A stretch of DNA of 63,958 nt, counting the filler, from Vicugna vicugna (lineage: Eukaryota): NCBI GenBank assembly GCA_013265495.1. It is 71 parts of 70 records of this genome, joined end to end, with 100 filler letters (N's around TTAATTAATTAA, not from the genome) between each part and the next. Parts side by side here need not be neighbours in the genome. Positions count along the whole stretch, not along the records: positions 37,496 to 38,233 come from MU057614.1; positions 38,334 to 38,785 come from PNXW01001013.1; positions 38,886 to 39,397 come from PNXW01001015.1; positions 39,498 to 40,474 come from PNXW01001016.1; positions 40,575 to 41,013 come from PNXW01001017.1; positions 41,114 to 41,996 come from PNXW01001024.1; positions 42,097 to 43,016 come from PNXW01001026.1; positions 43,117 to 44,116 come from MU057616.1; 63 more parts are not named here. One strand, written 5' to 3'. The notes beneath the pieces are model-generated. The model was given only the letters and a program-made list of their open reading frames with translations. It was not told where the DNA came from and searched no databases. Below, piece after piece: positions 37,496 to 49,242 of this stretch. Each line of letters opens with the position of its first letter. Position 1 is the stretch's first letter. The position numbers were made by a program, and so were the translations under genes.

Positions 37496-38233
37496 AAACA
37501 AAATTACCAAGAATAGGCCCACAAACTTTTGTTCATTGAATATTTGACAAAGGAGGTGAGACCATACAATGGAGTAAAGGCAGCCTCTTCAGCAAATGGT
37601 GTAGGGAAAACTGAACAGCTGCATGTAAATCATTGAAGTTAGACTACTCCCTCACAGCATACACAAATATGAATTCAAAATGTGTTAAAGACTTAACCAT
37701 GCAGACAAGACACTATAAACCTCTTAGAAGCAACCATAGGCAAAACATCTGACATACATCTAAGCAATGTTCTCCTAGAGCAGTCTACTCAAGCAATAGA
37801 AAAACAAACANNNNNNNNNNNNNNNNNNNNNNNNNNNNNNNNNNNNNNNNNNNNNNNNNNNNNNNNNNNNNNNNNNNNNNNNNNNNNNNNNNNNNNNNNN
37901 NNNNNNNNNNNNNNNNNNNNNNNNNNNNNNNNNNNNNNNNNNNNNNNNNNNNNNNNNNNNNNNNNNNNNNNNNNNNNNNNNNNNNNNNNNNNNNNNNNNN
38001 NNNNNNNNNNNNNNNNNNNNNNNNNNNNNNNNNNNNNNNNNNNNNNNNNNNNNNNNNNNNNNNNNCAATATCATTCTCAGAGAAATGCAAATCAAAACTG
38101 CAATCAAGTATCACCTCTAACCAGTCAGAATAGCCATCATTCAGAAGTTCACAGACAATAAATACTGGAGAGGCTGCCGAGAATTGGAAACACTCCTATA
38201 CTGTGGTGGGAATGTAGTTTGGTGGAGCCAATG
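37496..38233 (+). mobile_element. L1 ORF2 3' fragment
   Basis: TTTGACAAAGGAGG...CAGCCTCTTCAGCAAATGGTG and AGAAATGCAAATCAAAAC. Confidence 0.92.
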
Positions 38234-38333
38234 NNNNNNNNNNNNNNNNNNNNNNNNNNNNNNNNNNNNNNNNNNNNTTAATTAATTAANNNNNNNNNNN
38301 NNNNNNNNNNNNNNNNNNNNNNNNNNNNNNNNN

Positions 38334-38785
38334 CCATGGACGGGCTGGGAGCGAAGGTGGGGGTTGGTTGGGCTCTAATGCCAAGTAATAGCGCGTGCCA
38401 CTCTATGGGCAGTGGAGGTGTTTAAAGTAAATTCCCTCCCTGGGAACACCTGTGCCCCCATAAAGTTGTGTGGACTATGTATCCCCAACACCAGCACACA
38501 CACAAAGAAATCTTCAGGTATCCTGAGTGTGCGGAGTCTCCTCTAACTGGCAGCAGCGCCTGGGTTCTAATAGAATCCCTAAACATGTATTCCCTGATGG
38601 CATGCCTAGGCGGGAGAGTGGGGGAGAGTGGGGGTAGGCTTGAAGTAAAAGTAGCAACGAGTGCACCCCGATTTACTGAGGAAGTACTTAGAGGATTGCA
38701 CCCAAAATTGGAACATTTCTGCCCCCATTAATCTGCGTGTACTGGGTCTCCACAACTACCCCACACACAAGGCTGCGATCCGGAA
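38334..38785 (+). repeat. Satellite C
   Basis: 38479-38785 is nearly identical to 44217-44524. Confidence 0.9.
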
Positions 38786-38885
38786 NNNNNNNNNNNNNNN
38801 NNNNNNNNNNNNNNNNNNNNNNNNNNNNNTTAATTAATTAANNNNNNNNNNNNNNNNNNNNNNNNNNNNNNNNNNNNNNNNNNNN

Positions 38886-39397
38886 AACCCTCAGGATAAC
38901 AGAGCACGACTTCGTGTGTGTGCTGGAGGTAAGAAAACAGAGTACATGCATCTTTCTGGGGGCACAGTTATTCCCAGGTTGGGGGATGTAAGTTAAATAC
39001 CTCCAACTCCCATGGAGAGGCACACGCTAATACTAGGTTTTAGAGCCCAACCCCCACTTTCGCTCACAGCCCGGTGTAGGAAAACACTCTTGCAAGTCAA
39101 GCTAAGGGATACTATTAGATCCCAGGTGCTGCTGTCAGTTGGAGGAGCATCTCCACAGTCAGAATATCAGAACACTACTTCGTGTGTGTGCTGGATGTGC
39201 GGAAACATAGTCCCCCCATATTATCAGGGGGCAATTATCAGGTTGAGGGTTGTAGATTAAACAACTCCATTTCCCATGGAGAGGGACTCGTTAATAGTTG
39301 GAACTAGAGACCTACCCCCACTTTGCCCCACAATGCGTCCTAGGCAAATCAACAAGAAAGACAAGCTAAGGGATTCTATTACAAACAAGGCACTGCT
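38886..39397 (-). repeat. Satellite C
   Basis: CCCAGGTGCTGCTGTCAGTTGGAGGA is the reverse complement of the C core. Confidence 0.88.
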
Positions 39398-39497
39398 NNN
39401 NNNNNNNNNNNNNNNNNNNNNNNNNNNNNNNNNNNNNNNNNTTAATTAATTAANNNNNNNNNNNNNNNNNNNNNNNNNNNNNNNNNNNNNNNNNNNN

Positions 39498-40474
39498 AAA
39501 TTGTGTGTGAATGCCGTCCTTCACCAAGCTTGAAGGGAACAAAAAAATTTTGTTTTCATTTGCAAACACCACTACATACATATATATGTGGACGTCAAAG
39601 CGCCAACTCGGTTTTACTTTGAAAACGTTAGGAACTTCAACAGGCACTAAGAAACAGGCTGAGAACCCACAGTAAGGTTTTCTCCTGCAACCCGTCCCTT
39701 TGTGCTGGATGAACGAACATCTCTACTAATGCTGAGTTCTAAGAGAAACGTGTGTGTGAAAGCCGTCCTTCACATAGCTTGAAGGGAAAACAAATTTTCT
39801 AATCGTGGCAAACTCCACTGCATAAATATATATTCGGAGCTAGAATCTCCAACTCGGTTTTACAGTGAAGACTGCAGTATCTTCAAACCGACACTAGGAA
39901 TCAGACTGAGAAACCAGAGTAATTGTTTCACCTGCAACCCTTTCCCTTTATGCTGGTAGAAAGATCTTCTTTCCACATGCTCAGTTTTGAGAGATAAGTG
40001 TGTGTGAAAGCAGTCCTTCACCTAGCTTGAAGGTAACACAAAGTTTCTCTTCAGTTGCAAACTCGACTACATACATATATATGGGGAGGTACAAGCTCCA
40101 AATCGGTTTTATAGTGAAAACAGCAGGAACTTCAAACCGGCACTAGGAAACAGTCTGAGAATTAAGATTAAGTGTTTCTCCTGCAACCCGTTCCCTTTGT
40201 GCTGGATGAGCGAACGTTTGTCCACATGCTCAGTTCTGAGAGATAAGTGTGTGTGAAAGCCATACTTCACCTAGCTTGAAGGGAACACAAAGTTTCTTTT
40301 CAGTTTCAAACTCCACTACATACATATATATGGGGAGGTACAAGCTCCAAATCGTATTTATTAAAGGCAGGAACATCATACCGGCACTAGGAAACAGAGA
40401 ACCCTGGGTATGGGTATCTCCTGCAACCAGTTCCATTTTTGCTGGATGAACTAACGTCTCTCCACATGCTCAGT
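39498..40474 (-). repeat. Satellite E
   Basis: CACTAGGAA at 39892, 40141 and 40385 (249 and 244 bp apart). Confidence 0.93.
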
Positions 40475-41237
40475 NNNNNNNNNNNNNNNNNNNNNNNNNN
40501 NNNNNNNNNNNNNNNNNNTTAATTAATTAANNNNNNNNNNNNNNNNNNNNNNNNNNNNNNNNNNNNNNNNNNNNGGGGTGCAATCTTCTTGCCAATGGAC
40601 ACTGTGAGCAGCACAGACGGGGGGCCAAGAGAGCAAGCTGAATTCATGAAACAGGGTGAAGACACAAAGACCTCTCAATAAAACCATTAAGACCATTCAG
40701 TCTCTAGGAGAACACATATTTGTTTTTTAAATCTTTTTATACTTGTTTTATTTTCTATTAGCTTTTTAATCTTTACTTTTTAAACAGTTCTATACGTTTA
40801 CAATTCTCATTTCATTTTTAATTCTCTTGGATTTGATCTGTTATTGATTATTCACAGGTTTTAAATATTGTGTATTGATTTTTTTCTTCTTTTTATTAAG
40901 GTTTTAAAGACATCTCAACTCGATTCCTATTCTTCTTCAACTTGCTCTTCTATTATTGATTATAATACTTTTCAAAACTTCTTTTCCTCCATTCTTTTAA
41001 AATTCTCTTTCTCNNNNNNNNNNNNNNNNNNNNNNNNNNNNNNNNNNNNNNNNNNNNTTAATTAATTAANNNNNNNNNNNNNNNNNNNNNNNNNNNNNNN
41101 NNNNNNNNNNNNNCCCACATTGTTTTTGCTGATTTCTTGCCTCCTGATGCCTTCTAATATCCCCAAGGGGAGGACATAGTCTTGGTAGAATTTTGGTCAC
41201 CTGAGCCCAATGTCAAGCACATAGGTAGCTAAAAATA

Positions 41238-41709
41238 CAGGCATATCTCATTTGACTGCACTTCACTTTATTGTGCTTTGAAGTCATTGCACTTCTTACA
41301 AACTGAAGATTTGAGGCAACCCTGGGTCGAGCAAGTCAAAGTCCATTGGTGCCATTTTTCTAGTAGCGTTTGGTTCCTTTGTGTTTCTGTGTCACATTTT
41401 AGTAATTCTCACAATTTTTCAAACTTTTTCATTATTATGTTTGTTATGGTGATCTGTGATGCTAGTATTGTATAAAGATGGTGACTTGCTGAAGGTTTAG
41501 ATGATGGTTAGCATTTTTTAGCAATAAAGTATTTTTTTATTAAGGTATGTAATTTTTTTAGACATAATGCTATTGCACGCTTAATCAGCTGCAGTATAAC
41601 TTTTATTTGCCCTAGGAAACCAAAAAATTCATATGACTCACTTTATTGCAGTATTTTCTTTATTGCAGTAGTCTGTAACTGAACCCACAGTAGCACCGGG
41701 GTATGCCTG
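41238..41709 (+). mobile_element. Internally deleted, non-autonomous Tigger1 (pogo family) element with both TIRs and TA target duplication
   Basis: TA|CAGGCATATCTC ... GGGGTATGCCTG|TA; Tigger1 subterminal sequences at both ends; 472 bp. Confidence 0.9.
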
Positions 41710-42253
41710 TAATTGATTGCTAAATGAAATTACTAAATTGATGAGAATGTATATTGATGTCAGGATCCTTTTCAAAACCTGTGAATCACCTCGAGGAAAA
41801 TTTTGCAAGCTCCCTAACCAGAAAGCTTTCCCACATGCTCTATACCCAGCAGTCGGTCATTCTTTCCCCATGCTGTTCCCTCTGCTTGGAATACTTTTCC
41901 TTTTCAGGATCTCAGTACCACCCAATCTCTTCAGTAAGGTGTGATTTACACCTTTCATGCCACCTCTTTTTGGAACCTGCTCTGGCTGATCCAGACNNNN
42001 NNNNNNNNNNNNNNNNNNNNNNNNNNNNNNNNNNNNNNNNTTAATTAATTAANNNNNNNNNNNNNNNNNNNNNNNNNNNNNNNNNNNNNNNNNNNNAGAA
42101 GGAAGTAAATAAACAACAGGAATTAGGAAGAGACAACAGAGGAAAAAAATCTCTTCTTTGAACAGATTAACAAAACAAAATCGGGAGAAACTACTTCCAA
42201 AATGTACCTGAAGTCATTGCAAGAGAAGACAAAGTCTAAAGTTAAAAATCAAC

Positions 42254-42568
42254 GACACAAATGAACTTATTTACAAAACAGAAAGAGACTCAGAGAAAAC
42301 AAACTTATGGTTACCAGGGCAGGATGTGGGTGGGAAGGGATAAATTGGGAGTTCCAGATTTGCGGATACTGTCTACAACATATAAAATACATACACAAGT
42401 TTCTACTTAATAGCACGGGGAACTATATTCAATATCTTGTAATAATCTATAAGGAAAAAAAAACCAAGGAAAATATGTATGTATACGTATAACTAGAACA
42501 TTATGCTGTACACCAGAAATTGATAAAACATTGTAAATTGACTATACTTAAATAAAATTTTTTTTTAA
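42254..42568 (+). mobile_element. 5'-truncated L1 3' UTR inserted in older L1-like sequence
   Basis: ACACAAATGAACTTATTTACAAAACAGAAA...AAACTTATGGTTACCAG...TGACTATACTTAAATAAAA. Confidence 0.88.
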
Positions 42569-43116
42569 ATCACTTGAGTTTCAACAGACTCCAAAGTAAC
42601 CCACTGGGAAAGAAAAATCTTCAGTAAATTATACTGGGACAAGCAGATATTCTTCTAAAAAATTAATAAATCACAACCCCTACCCACATAACCCCCAAAA
42701 TAATTTTAGATGGCTCATGGGCCTAAGCATAAAAGCTAAAGCTTCACCAAAATAAAAAATCTTCATTCAAAAATGTTAAAAAAGAAACAAACAAAAAACT
42801 CCATTGGCAAAAATCCCCATTAAAAAAATGAATATGGAGGAAAAAAAAAAGACACTGAATAGGGAAGCCATGGTAGAGGAAAAGGGGGATATTCACAAAA
42901 TGTAGCTTATAAAAGACTCAATTCCAGAATATATAAATAAATATAAATAGTTTTTTGACCAAAAAACAAACAAAAAAACCCCAAAACAAAAAAATGGGGA
43001 AAGGATTTGAACATGCNNNNNNNNNNNNNNNNNNNNNNNNNNNNNNNNNNNNNNNNNNNNTTAATTAATTAANNNNNNNNNNNNNNNNNNNNNNNNNNNN
43101 NNNNNNNNNNNNNNNN

Positions 43117-44116
43117 GAGACAACTCCACGCAGCTCTCTTCATTCACAAGTGTTCCCTGTTGGGGAAGTCCGAGAAATACTTTCCAAGATCTTGGGGAGG
43201 CAGCCTCGGTCACTGGGATATCCTGCAATCACCCCCAGCTTACCCTGGCACAGAGATATTAGGAAAAATCTCAGGGGACCGAGATTTGGCATTCCGAAAG
43301 TACCCACGCGCTGCCGACCGTTGGTGGAACTTCCCCACGCTCAGGATTCCGGAAGCATTGTCAGTGCGTGGGGCAGCTCGAGAGACAACTCCACGCAGCT
43401 CTCTTCATTCACAAGTGTTCCCTGTTGGGGAAGTCCGAGAAATACTTTCCAAGATCTTGGGGAGGCAGCCTCGGTCACTGGGATATCCTGTAATCACCCC
43501 TAGCATTCCCTGGCACAGAGATATTAGGAAAAATCTCAGGGGACCGAGATTTGGCATTCCGAAAGTACCCACGCGCTGCCGACCGTTGGTGGAACTTCCC
43601 CACGCTCAGGATTCCGGAAGCATTGTCAGTGCGTGGGGCAGCTCGAGAGACAACTCCACGCAGCTCTCTTCAGTCACAGGTGTTCCCTGTTCGGGGAAGC
43701 CCGAGNNNNNNNNNNNNNNNNNNNNNNNNNNNNNNNNNNNNNNNNNNNNNNNNNNNNNNNNNNNNNNNNNNNNNNNNNNNNNNNNNNNNNNNNNNNNNNN
43801 NNNNNNNNNNNNTTCCGTTTGAACCCAAGCGCTTCCGACCGTTGGTGGAACCTCCCCACGCTCAGGATTCCGGAACCATTGTTAGTACGTGGGGGAGCTC
43901 GAGAGACAACTCCACGCATCTCTCTTCAGTCACAGGTGTTCCCTGTACGGTGAAGTCCGAGAAATACCTTCCCTGAACTTGGGGAGTAATCCTATGACAC
44001 TGAGATAACCTGCAATTACCCCTAGCATTCCCTGGCACAGAGAAATTAGGAAAACATTCAGGGGAGTCGAGTTAGGCATTCTGTTAGAACCCACGCGCTG
44101 CCGACCTTTGGTGGAA
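43117..44116 (+). repeat. Satellite D (265-bp variant, two near-perfect copies)
   Basis: GAGACAACTCCACGCAGC at 43117, 43382 and 43647. Confidence 0.95.
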
Positions 44117-44216
44117 NNNNNNNNNNNNNNNNNNNNNNNNNNNNNNNNNNNNNNNNNNNNTTAATTAATTAANNNNNNNNNNNNNNNNNNNNNNNNNNNN
44201 NNNNNNNNNNNNNNNN

Positions 44217-45050
44217 GTATCCCCAACACCAGCACACACACAAAGAAATCTTCAGGTATCCAGAGTGTGCGGAGACTCCTCTAAATGGCAGCAGCGCCTG
44301 GGTTCTAATAGAATCCCTAAACATGTATTCCCTGATGGCATGCCTAGGCTGGAGAGTGGGGGAGAGTGGGGGTTGGGCTTGAAGTAAAAGTAGCAACGAG
44401 TGCACCCCGATTTACTGAGGAAGTACTTAGAGGATTGCACCCAAAATTGGAACACTTCTGCCCCCATTCATCTGCGTGGACTGGGTCTCCACAACTCCCC
44501 CACACACAAGGCTGCGATCCGGAATCCTGAATGTGTGGAAGTTCCTCCAAATGACAGCAGCGCCTGCGTTCTAATAGAATAACTCAGCTTGTATTCCATG
44601 AGTGTTTCCCTAGGCCGGGCTGTGAGCGAAAGCTGGGGGTTGGGCTTGGAGGCCAAGTAGCAGCTTGTGCCACCGATTGACTGAGGATGTTCTTAGAGAC
44701 TCCCCTCCCGCGGAACACTTGTGTCACCATTCATCTGCGTAGATTGGAGCTGCACAACTCCCCCACACACAAGAGTTTCTCCGGAGTCCTAAGTGTTGGG
44801 AAGTTCCTCCAAGTGACAGCAGCAACCGGGTTTTATACAATACCTTAGATTGTATTTCCTGATGGCTTGTCCTGCCAGGAGTGCGGAGGAAATTGGAGGT
44901 TGGGCTCTAAAACGAAAAAGTATTAACGAGTGCACATCCGTGGAGTTGTTTAAGCTACATCCTCCAACCGAGGTATACCTGTGCCCCATGAAAAATGCGT
45001 GGACTTGTTTCCACAATTCCAGCACACATTCGAAGAAGTGTTCTGGTTTC
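44217..45050 (+). repeat. Satellite C, three consecutive diverged monomers
   Basis: Monomer anchors at ~44261, 44527 and 44789. Confidence 0.9.
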
Positions 45051-45717
45051 NNNNNNNNNNNNNNNNNNNNNNNNNNNNNNNNNNNNNNNNNNNNTTAATT
45101 AATTAANNNNNNNNNNNNNNNNNNNNNNNNNNNNNNNNNNNNNNNNNNNNGTTAATGTCCAGGACAGGCTCTAGTGGAATCAGAGTCCCTAGGGATAGGG
45201 AGTCCAGTGGGTGATGGCGCCAATCGTAAGGGAGCATTTAATACCAACACAGAAAGGTATGGCTGCCCGTCACTGCCCACCAAGCCAGCCTCTGCCCTGT
45301 GGTGTGATTTCTGTCTTGTTGTCCTAAATGCCCAAGTTAATGTGGCCCGCTTTGAACACTCAAGCCACCTCAGACTTCAGACTCATGAGTTAAATTTAAG
45401 CACATCTTCCTCCTTCCCCTCACTCCCATTCCTCCTTCCTTCTTTTCTCTTCCTCTCTCTCTCTCCTTTGTCATTCATTCACTTAGCTTATAAGGCCACT
45501 TCATACAGCCTCAAGGACCGAGCGATGCCTTCTCTCTCCAATTCCAACTCCACACTGCACACACTGAGTAGGCCTTGTTTTCTCCAGCCAGCTGTGCCTG
45601 TCTTAGGTTGTCCTCCTNNNNNNNNNNNNNNNNNNNNNNNNNNNNNNNNNNNNNNNNNNNNTTAATTAATTAANNNNNNNNNNNNNNNNNNNNNNNNNNN
45701 NNNNNNNNNNNNNNNNN

Positions 45718-46060
45718 CGCGACTACCTGGTGGACGCAGCCACGCAGATCCGGCTGGCCCTGGACGCGATGTCAGTCAGGGCTACGAGGCAGCTTTCAAT
45801 CACTACCAGAACGGCATGGACGTTCTGCTCCGAGGCGTGCACGTCCATCCCAACAAGGAGAGACGCGAGGCTGCAAAGCTGAAAATTACCAAGTACCTGG
45901 GGCGGGCGGAGGAGATCTTTAATTGCCACCTGCAGAGGACGCTGGGCAGCGGAGCCAGTCCTGGCACGGGTTTCAGCAGCCTGGGGCTCCCGCCCATCCG
46001 CAACTGAGTTCAGCCCTGGAACAGCTGAGGGGCTGCAGGGTGGTCGGAGTCATCGAGAAG
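45718..46060 (+). pseudogene. RPS6KL1: RPS6KL1 processed pseudogene fragment (MIT domain and start of pseudokinase)
   Basis: [113 protein letters not shown]; 1-bp deletions at ~45764 and ~46002; no introns. Confidence 0.88.
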
Positions 46061-46313
46061 GAATTTTTATGCTTTTAGGATGCAAATGTACAAAGCGAAT
46101 CTCCAAGAGGAAAGTCTAGGACAGAATGCCCCGAATTTGGATTTGTTTCACCCCGGGACAGTCATGTACAAAACATTTTTGGAATCCCGTATTCTGAGGC
46201 CTGTGTGCTTGGGNNNNNNNNNNNNNNNNNNNNNNNNNNNNNNNNNNNNNNNNNNNNTTAATTAATTAANNNNNNNNNNNNNNNNNNNNNNNNNNNNNNN
46301 NNNNNNNNNNNNN

Positions 46314-46894
46314 CTACGGAGTTCGAGTGAGTCCCAACCTGCGGTTCCGTGGTGACCTAATACGGCTCAGGGCGGTATCAGTCCTCAGGGTCCCGATCGG
46401 AGTCAGCGGCTTATACTGACCCTCCAAAGCTAAGAGGCACCTTCGTCCCCGCGAGGGGAGCGGCCAGGCGGACGCAACAAAAACCCTCCCTTGTCTTGTC
46501 TGCGACACTGGCACAGGGTGGCTACACTGGGAGAGAAAAGGACATAGACAACCAATGAGTCAATGCCCCTGTGCCCTCGGAGGCTAGGATGCTATTTCTT
46601 TGAGAAAGTCTCCTACCTGACTCTGTCACAGACTCTGTCACACCCGAGACTTAGTGTTCCCTACTGAACTGACCCAAGTAGTGCCCCTTTTGCCTACCCT
46701 CAGACCCCCAGGACTCAAGTTTAGAAGACAAATTCCTTCAGGCCTGGGCTCACCTGGCCTCAGAGGTCCCTTTTCTTGTCCATTTGTTTTACCATCTGCC
46801 GTCAGTCCCACGCCCCTGATACGTTAGTTCAGGATATAGAGAAGATTTTATGAAGAAAGTCCCTGGAACTGCTTGAGGCCTTGAGATCCAGAGA
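46314..46894. mobile_element. Possible ERV internal (leader-like) sequence
   Basis: Composition and CpG retention only; no translated retroviral motif. Confidence 0.25.
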
Positions 46895-46994
46895 NNNNNN
46901 NNNNNNNNNNNNNNNNNNNNNNNNNNNNNNNNNNNNNNTTAATTAATTAANNNNNNNNNNNNNNNNNNNNNNNNNNNNNNNNNNNNNNNNNNNN

Positions 46995-47812
46995 GCCATA
47001 TCCCTCTCAGATCTCAGACTATATTGCAAATCAGTAATCAAAACAGCACAATGCTGGAAAATCAACAAACATCTATATCACTGGAACAGAACACAGAGGT
47101 AGAAATAAAACATTACACCTATGGTCAACTGAACTACGACAAAGGAAACAAAAATATACAATGCCTAAAGACAGTCTTCAGCAAGTCATGTTGAGAAAGC
47201 TAGACAGGTACATGTAACTCAATCAAATTAGAACACTCCCTCACACTGTACAAATATAAATTCAAAATGCTTTAANNNNNNNNNNNNNNNNNNNNNNNNN
47301 NNNNNNNNNNNNNNNNNNNNNNNNNNNNNNNNNNNNNNNNNNNNNNNNNNNNNNNNNNNNNNNNNNNNNNNNNNNNNNNNNNNNNNNNNNNNNNNNNNNN
47401 NNNNNNNNNNNNNNNNNNNNNNNNNNNNNNNNNNNNNNNNNNNNNNNNNNNNNNNNNNNNNNNNNNNNNNNNNNNNNNNNNNNNNNNNNNNNNNNNNNNN
47501 NNNNNNNNNNNNNNNNNNNNNNNNNNNNNNNNNNNNNNNNNNNNNNNNNNNNNATCTACAACAGACAGAAAATGAGCAGAAGACAATTCTCTCAAGAAGA
47601 CACACAGATGACAAACAGGAACATAAAAACATGCTCACATAACTAATCATTATACAAAGGCAAGACAAAAATAAAATAATGTTTTACCTCACACTACTGA
47701 GAAGGGCTTTCATCCAAATATCTACAAATAATAAACACTCGGGAGGTTGTGGAGAAAAAGGGACTCCCCAACACTGTTGGTGGGAATGAAAATTGGTGCA
47801 ACCACCTTGGAA
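46995..47812 (+). mobile_element. Degraded L1 ORF2 3' fragment
   Basis: TGGAACAGAA...ACACCTATGGTCAACTGA...GACAAAGG and GGTTGTGGAGAAAAAGGGAC...ACTGTTGGTGGGAATG. Confidence 0.88.
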
Positions 47813-48542
47813 NNNNNNNNNNNNNNNNNNNNNNNNNNNNNNNNNNNNNNNNNNNNTTAATTAATTAANNNNNNNNNNNNNNNNNNNNNNNNNNNNNNNN
47901 NNNNNNNNNNNNTTTTTTAAGTTGTGTAATAATTAATTTTACTCAACTGGGCAGATCATATATGAACCTAAACTTGCAATTTTTTTATGATTAACTCTGT
48001 TCATGATCACATTCTGTCATAATTTCAGTTGGCCATCTAGGGTAGACATGTACATATACACTGTATCAAGGAGTGTCTTTGCTGGAAATGTCAAATACTG
48101 GTAATCATGATATTTAATGTGAACAATGTGTCTTATTCTACTACTCAGTTTGTATGCAAATTATTTCTTATGTTAATATTAAAGGATAAGGAAAATTGAA
48201 GGAAATTGACAAGGAGATTGGAGACTAAAGAAGCCATGTAGCTTTCTCAACATTACTTAATTATGGAGGTACTAAAATGTAGTTCTGTTTGACTCCCATA
48301 GTCTAGTCACTTAACTTATCCTAAGTGCTAAAGTTAATTTCAGTGACAAGTGACATAAGAGAACCAACTTGAACATTAAACAAAGTTCTCCTTGCCTTAA
48401 CACTCAATATGTTTTAAGATGACCTGATTATTTCAAGTAATACCTACACACTCACTGTATGACTTGGCTTTTCTGTTCCTGCATATTTACCCAAAAGAAA
48501 CGAAAACATCTTTCCACATCAGAACATGAACGAACCAAAAGC

Positions 48543-48626
48543 TGTATTAGTCCTACTGCAGTTGTAACAAATGACCACAACCTAGTGACTTAAGACCACA
48601 CTAGTTTATTCTTTAGAGTTCTGCAG
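48543..48626 (-). mobile_element. MaLR (MLT1-like) LTR end
   Basis: TGTATTAGT...GTAACAAATGACCACAA...GTGACTTAA...TTTATT...AGTTCTG. Confidence 0.7.
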
Positions 48627-48726
48627 NNNNNNNNNNNNNNNNNNNNNNNNNNNNNNNNNNNNNNNNNNNNTTAATTAATTAANNNNNNNNNNNNNNNNNN
48701 NNNNNNNNNNNNNNNNNNNNNNNNNN

Positions 48727-49142
48727 AGAACATGGAATGCAGAACTCAGAATTTATAATATAGAATACAGAATACTGAATACAAATTTAGAACTTAGAAT
48801 GTAGGACACAGAATATAGAATATGGAAAACAGAATACAGTATCCAAAATTTAGAACATTTAATGCATAAAACAGAATTTAGAATATAGAATACAGAATAC
48901 TGAATATAGGATTTAGAATATAGAATGTAGAACACTGAATATAGAATATAGTATAAAGAATATAGAAACCAGAATTTAAAACATGGAATGCAGAACACAA
49001 AATTTAGAATATAGTATACAGAATACAGAATTATGAATATAGAATTTAGAAGATAGAATACCAGAAAACAGAATTTAGAATATCGAATACAGAATATTGA
49101 ATATAGTATTTAGAACATAGAATGCAGAACACAGAATTTAGA
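48727..49142 (-). repeat. Satellite A
   Basis: AGAACATGGAATGCAGAAC and TATAGAA heptamers. Confidence 0.93.
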
Positions 49143-49242
49143 NNNNNNNNNNNNNNNNNNNNNNNNNNNNNNNNNNNNNNNNNNNNTTAATTAATTAANN
49201 NNNNNNNNNNNNNNNNNNNNNNNNNNNNNNNNNNNNNNNNNN

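Noticed and set aside
43150..43976. Repetitive ORFs in satellites D, C and E
   Set aside because: Chance open frames in GC-rich tandem repeats; frame not conserved between monomers
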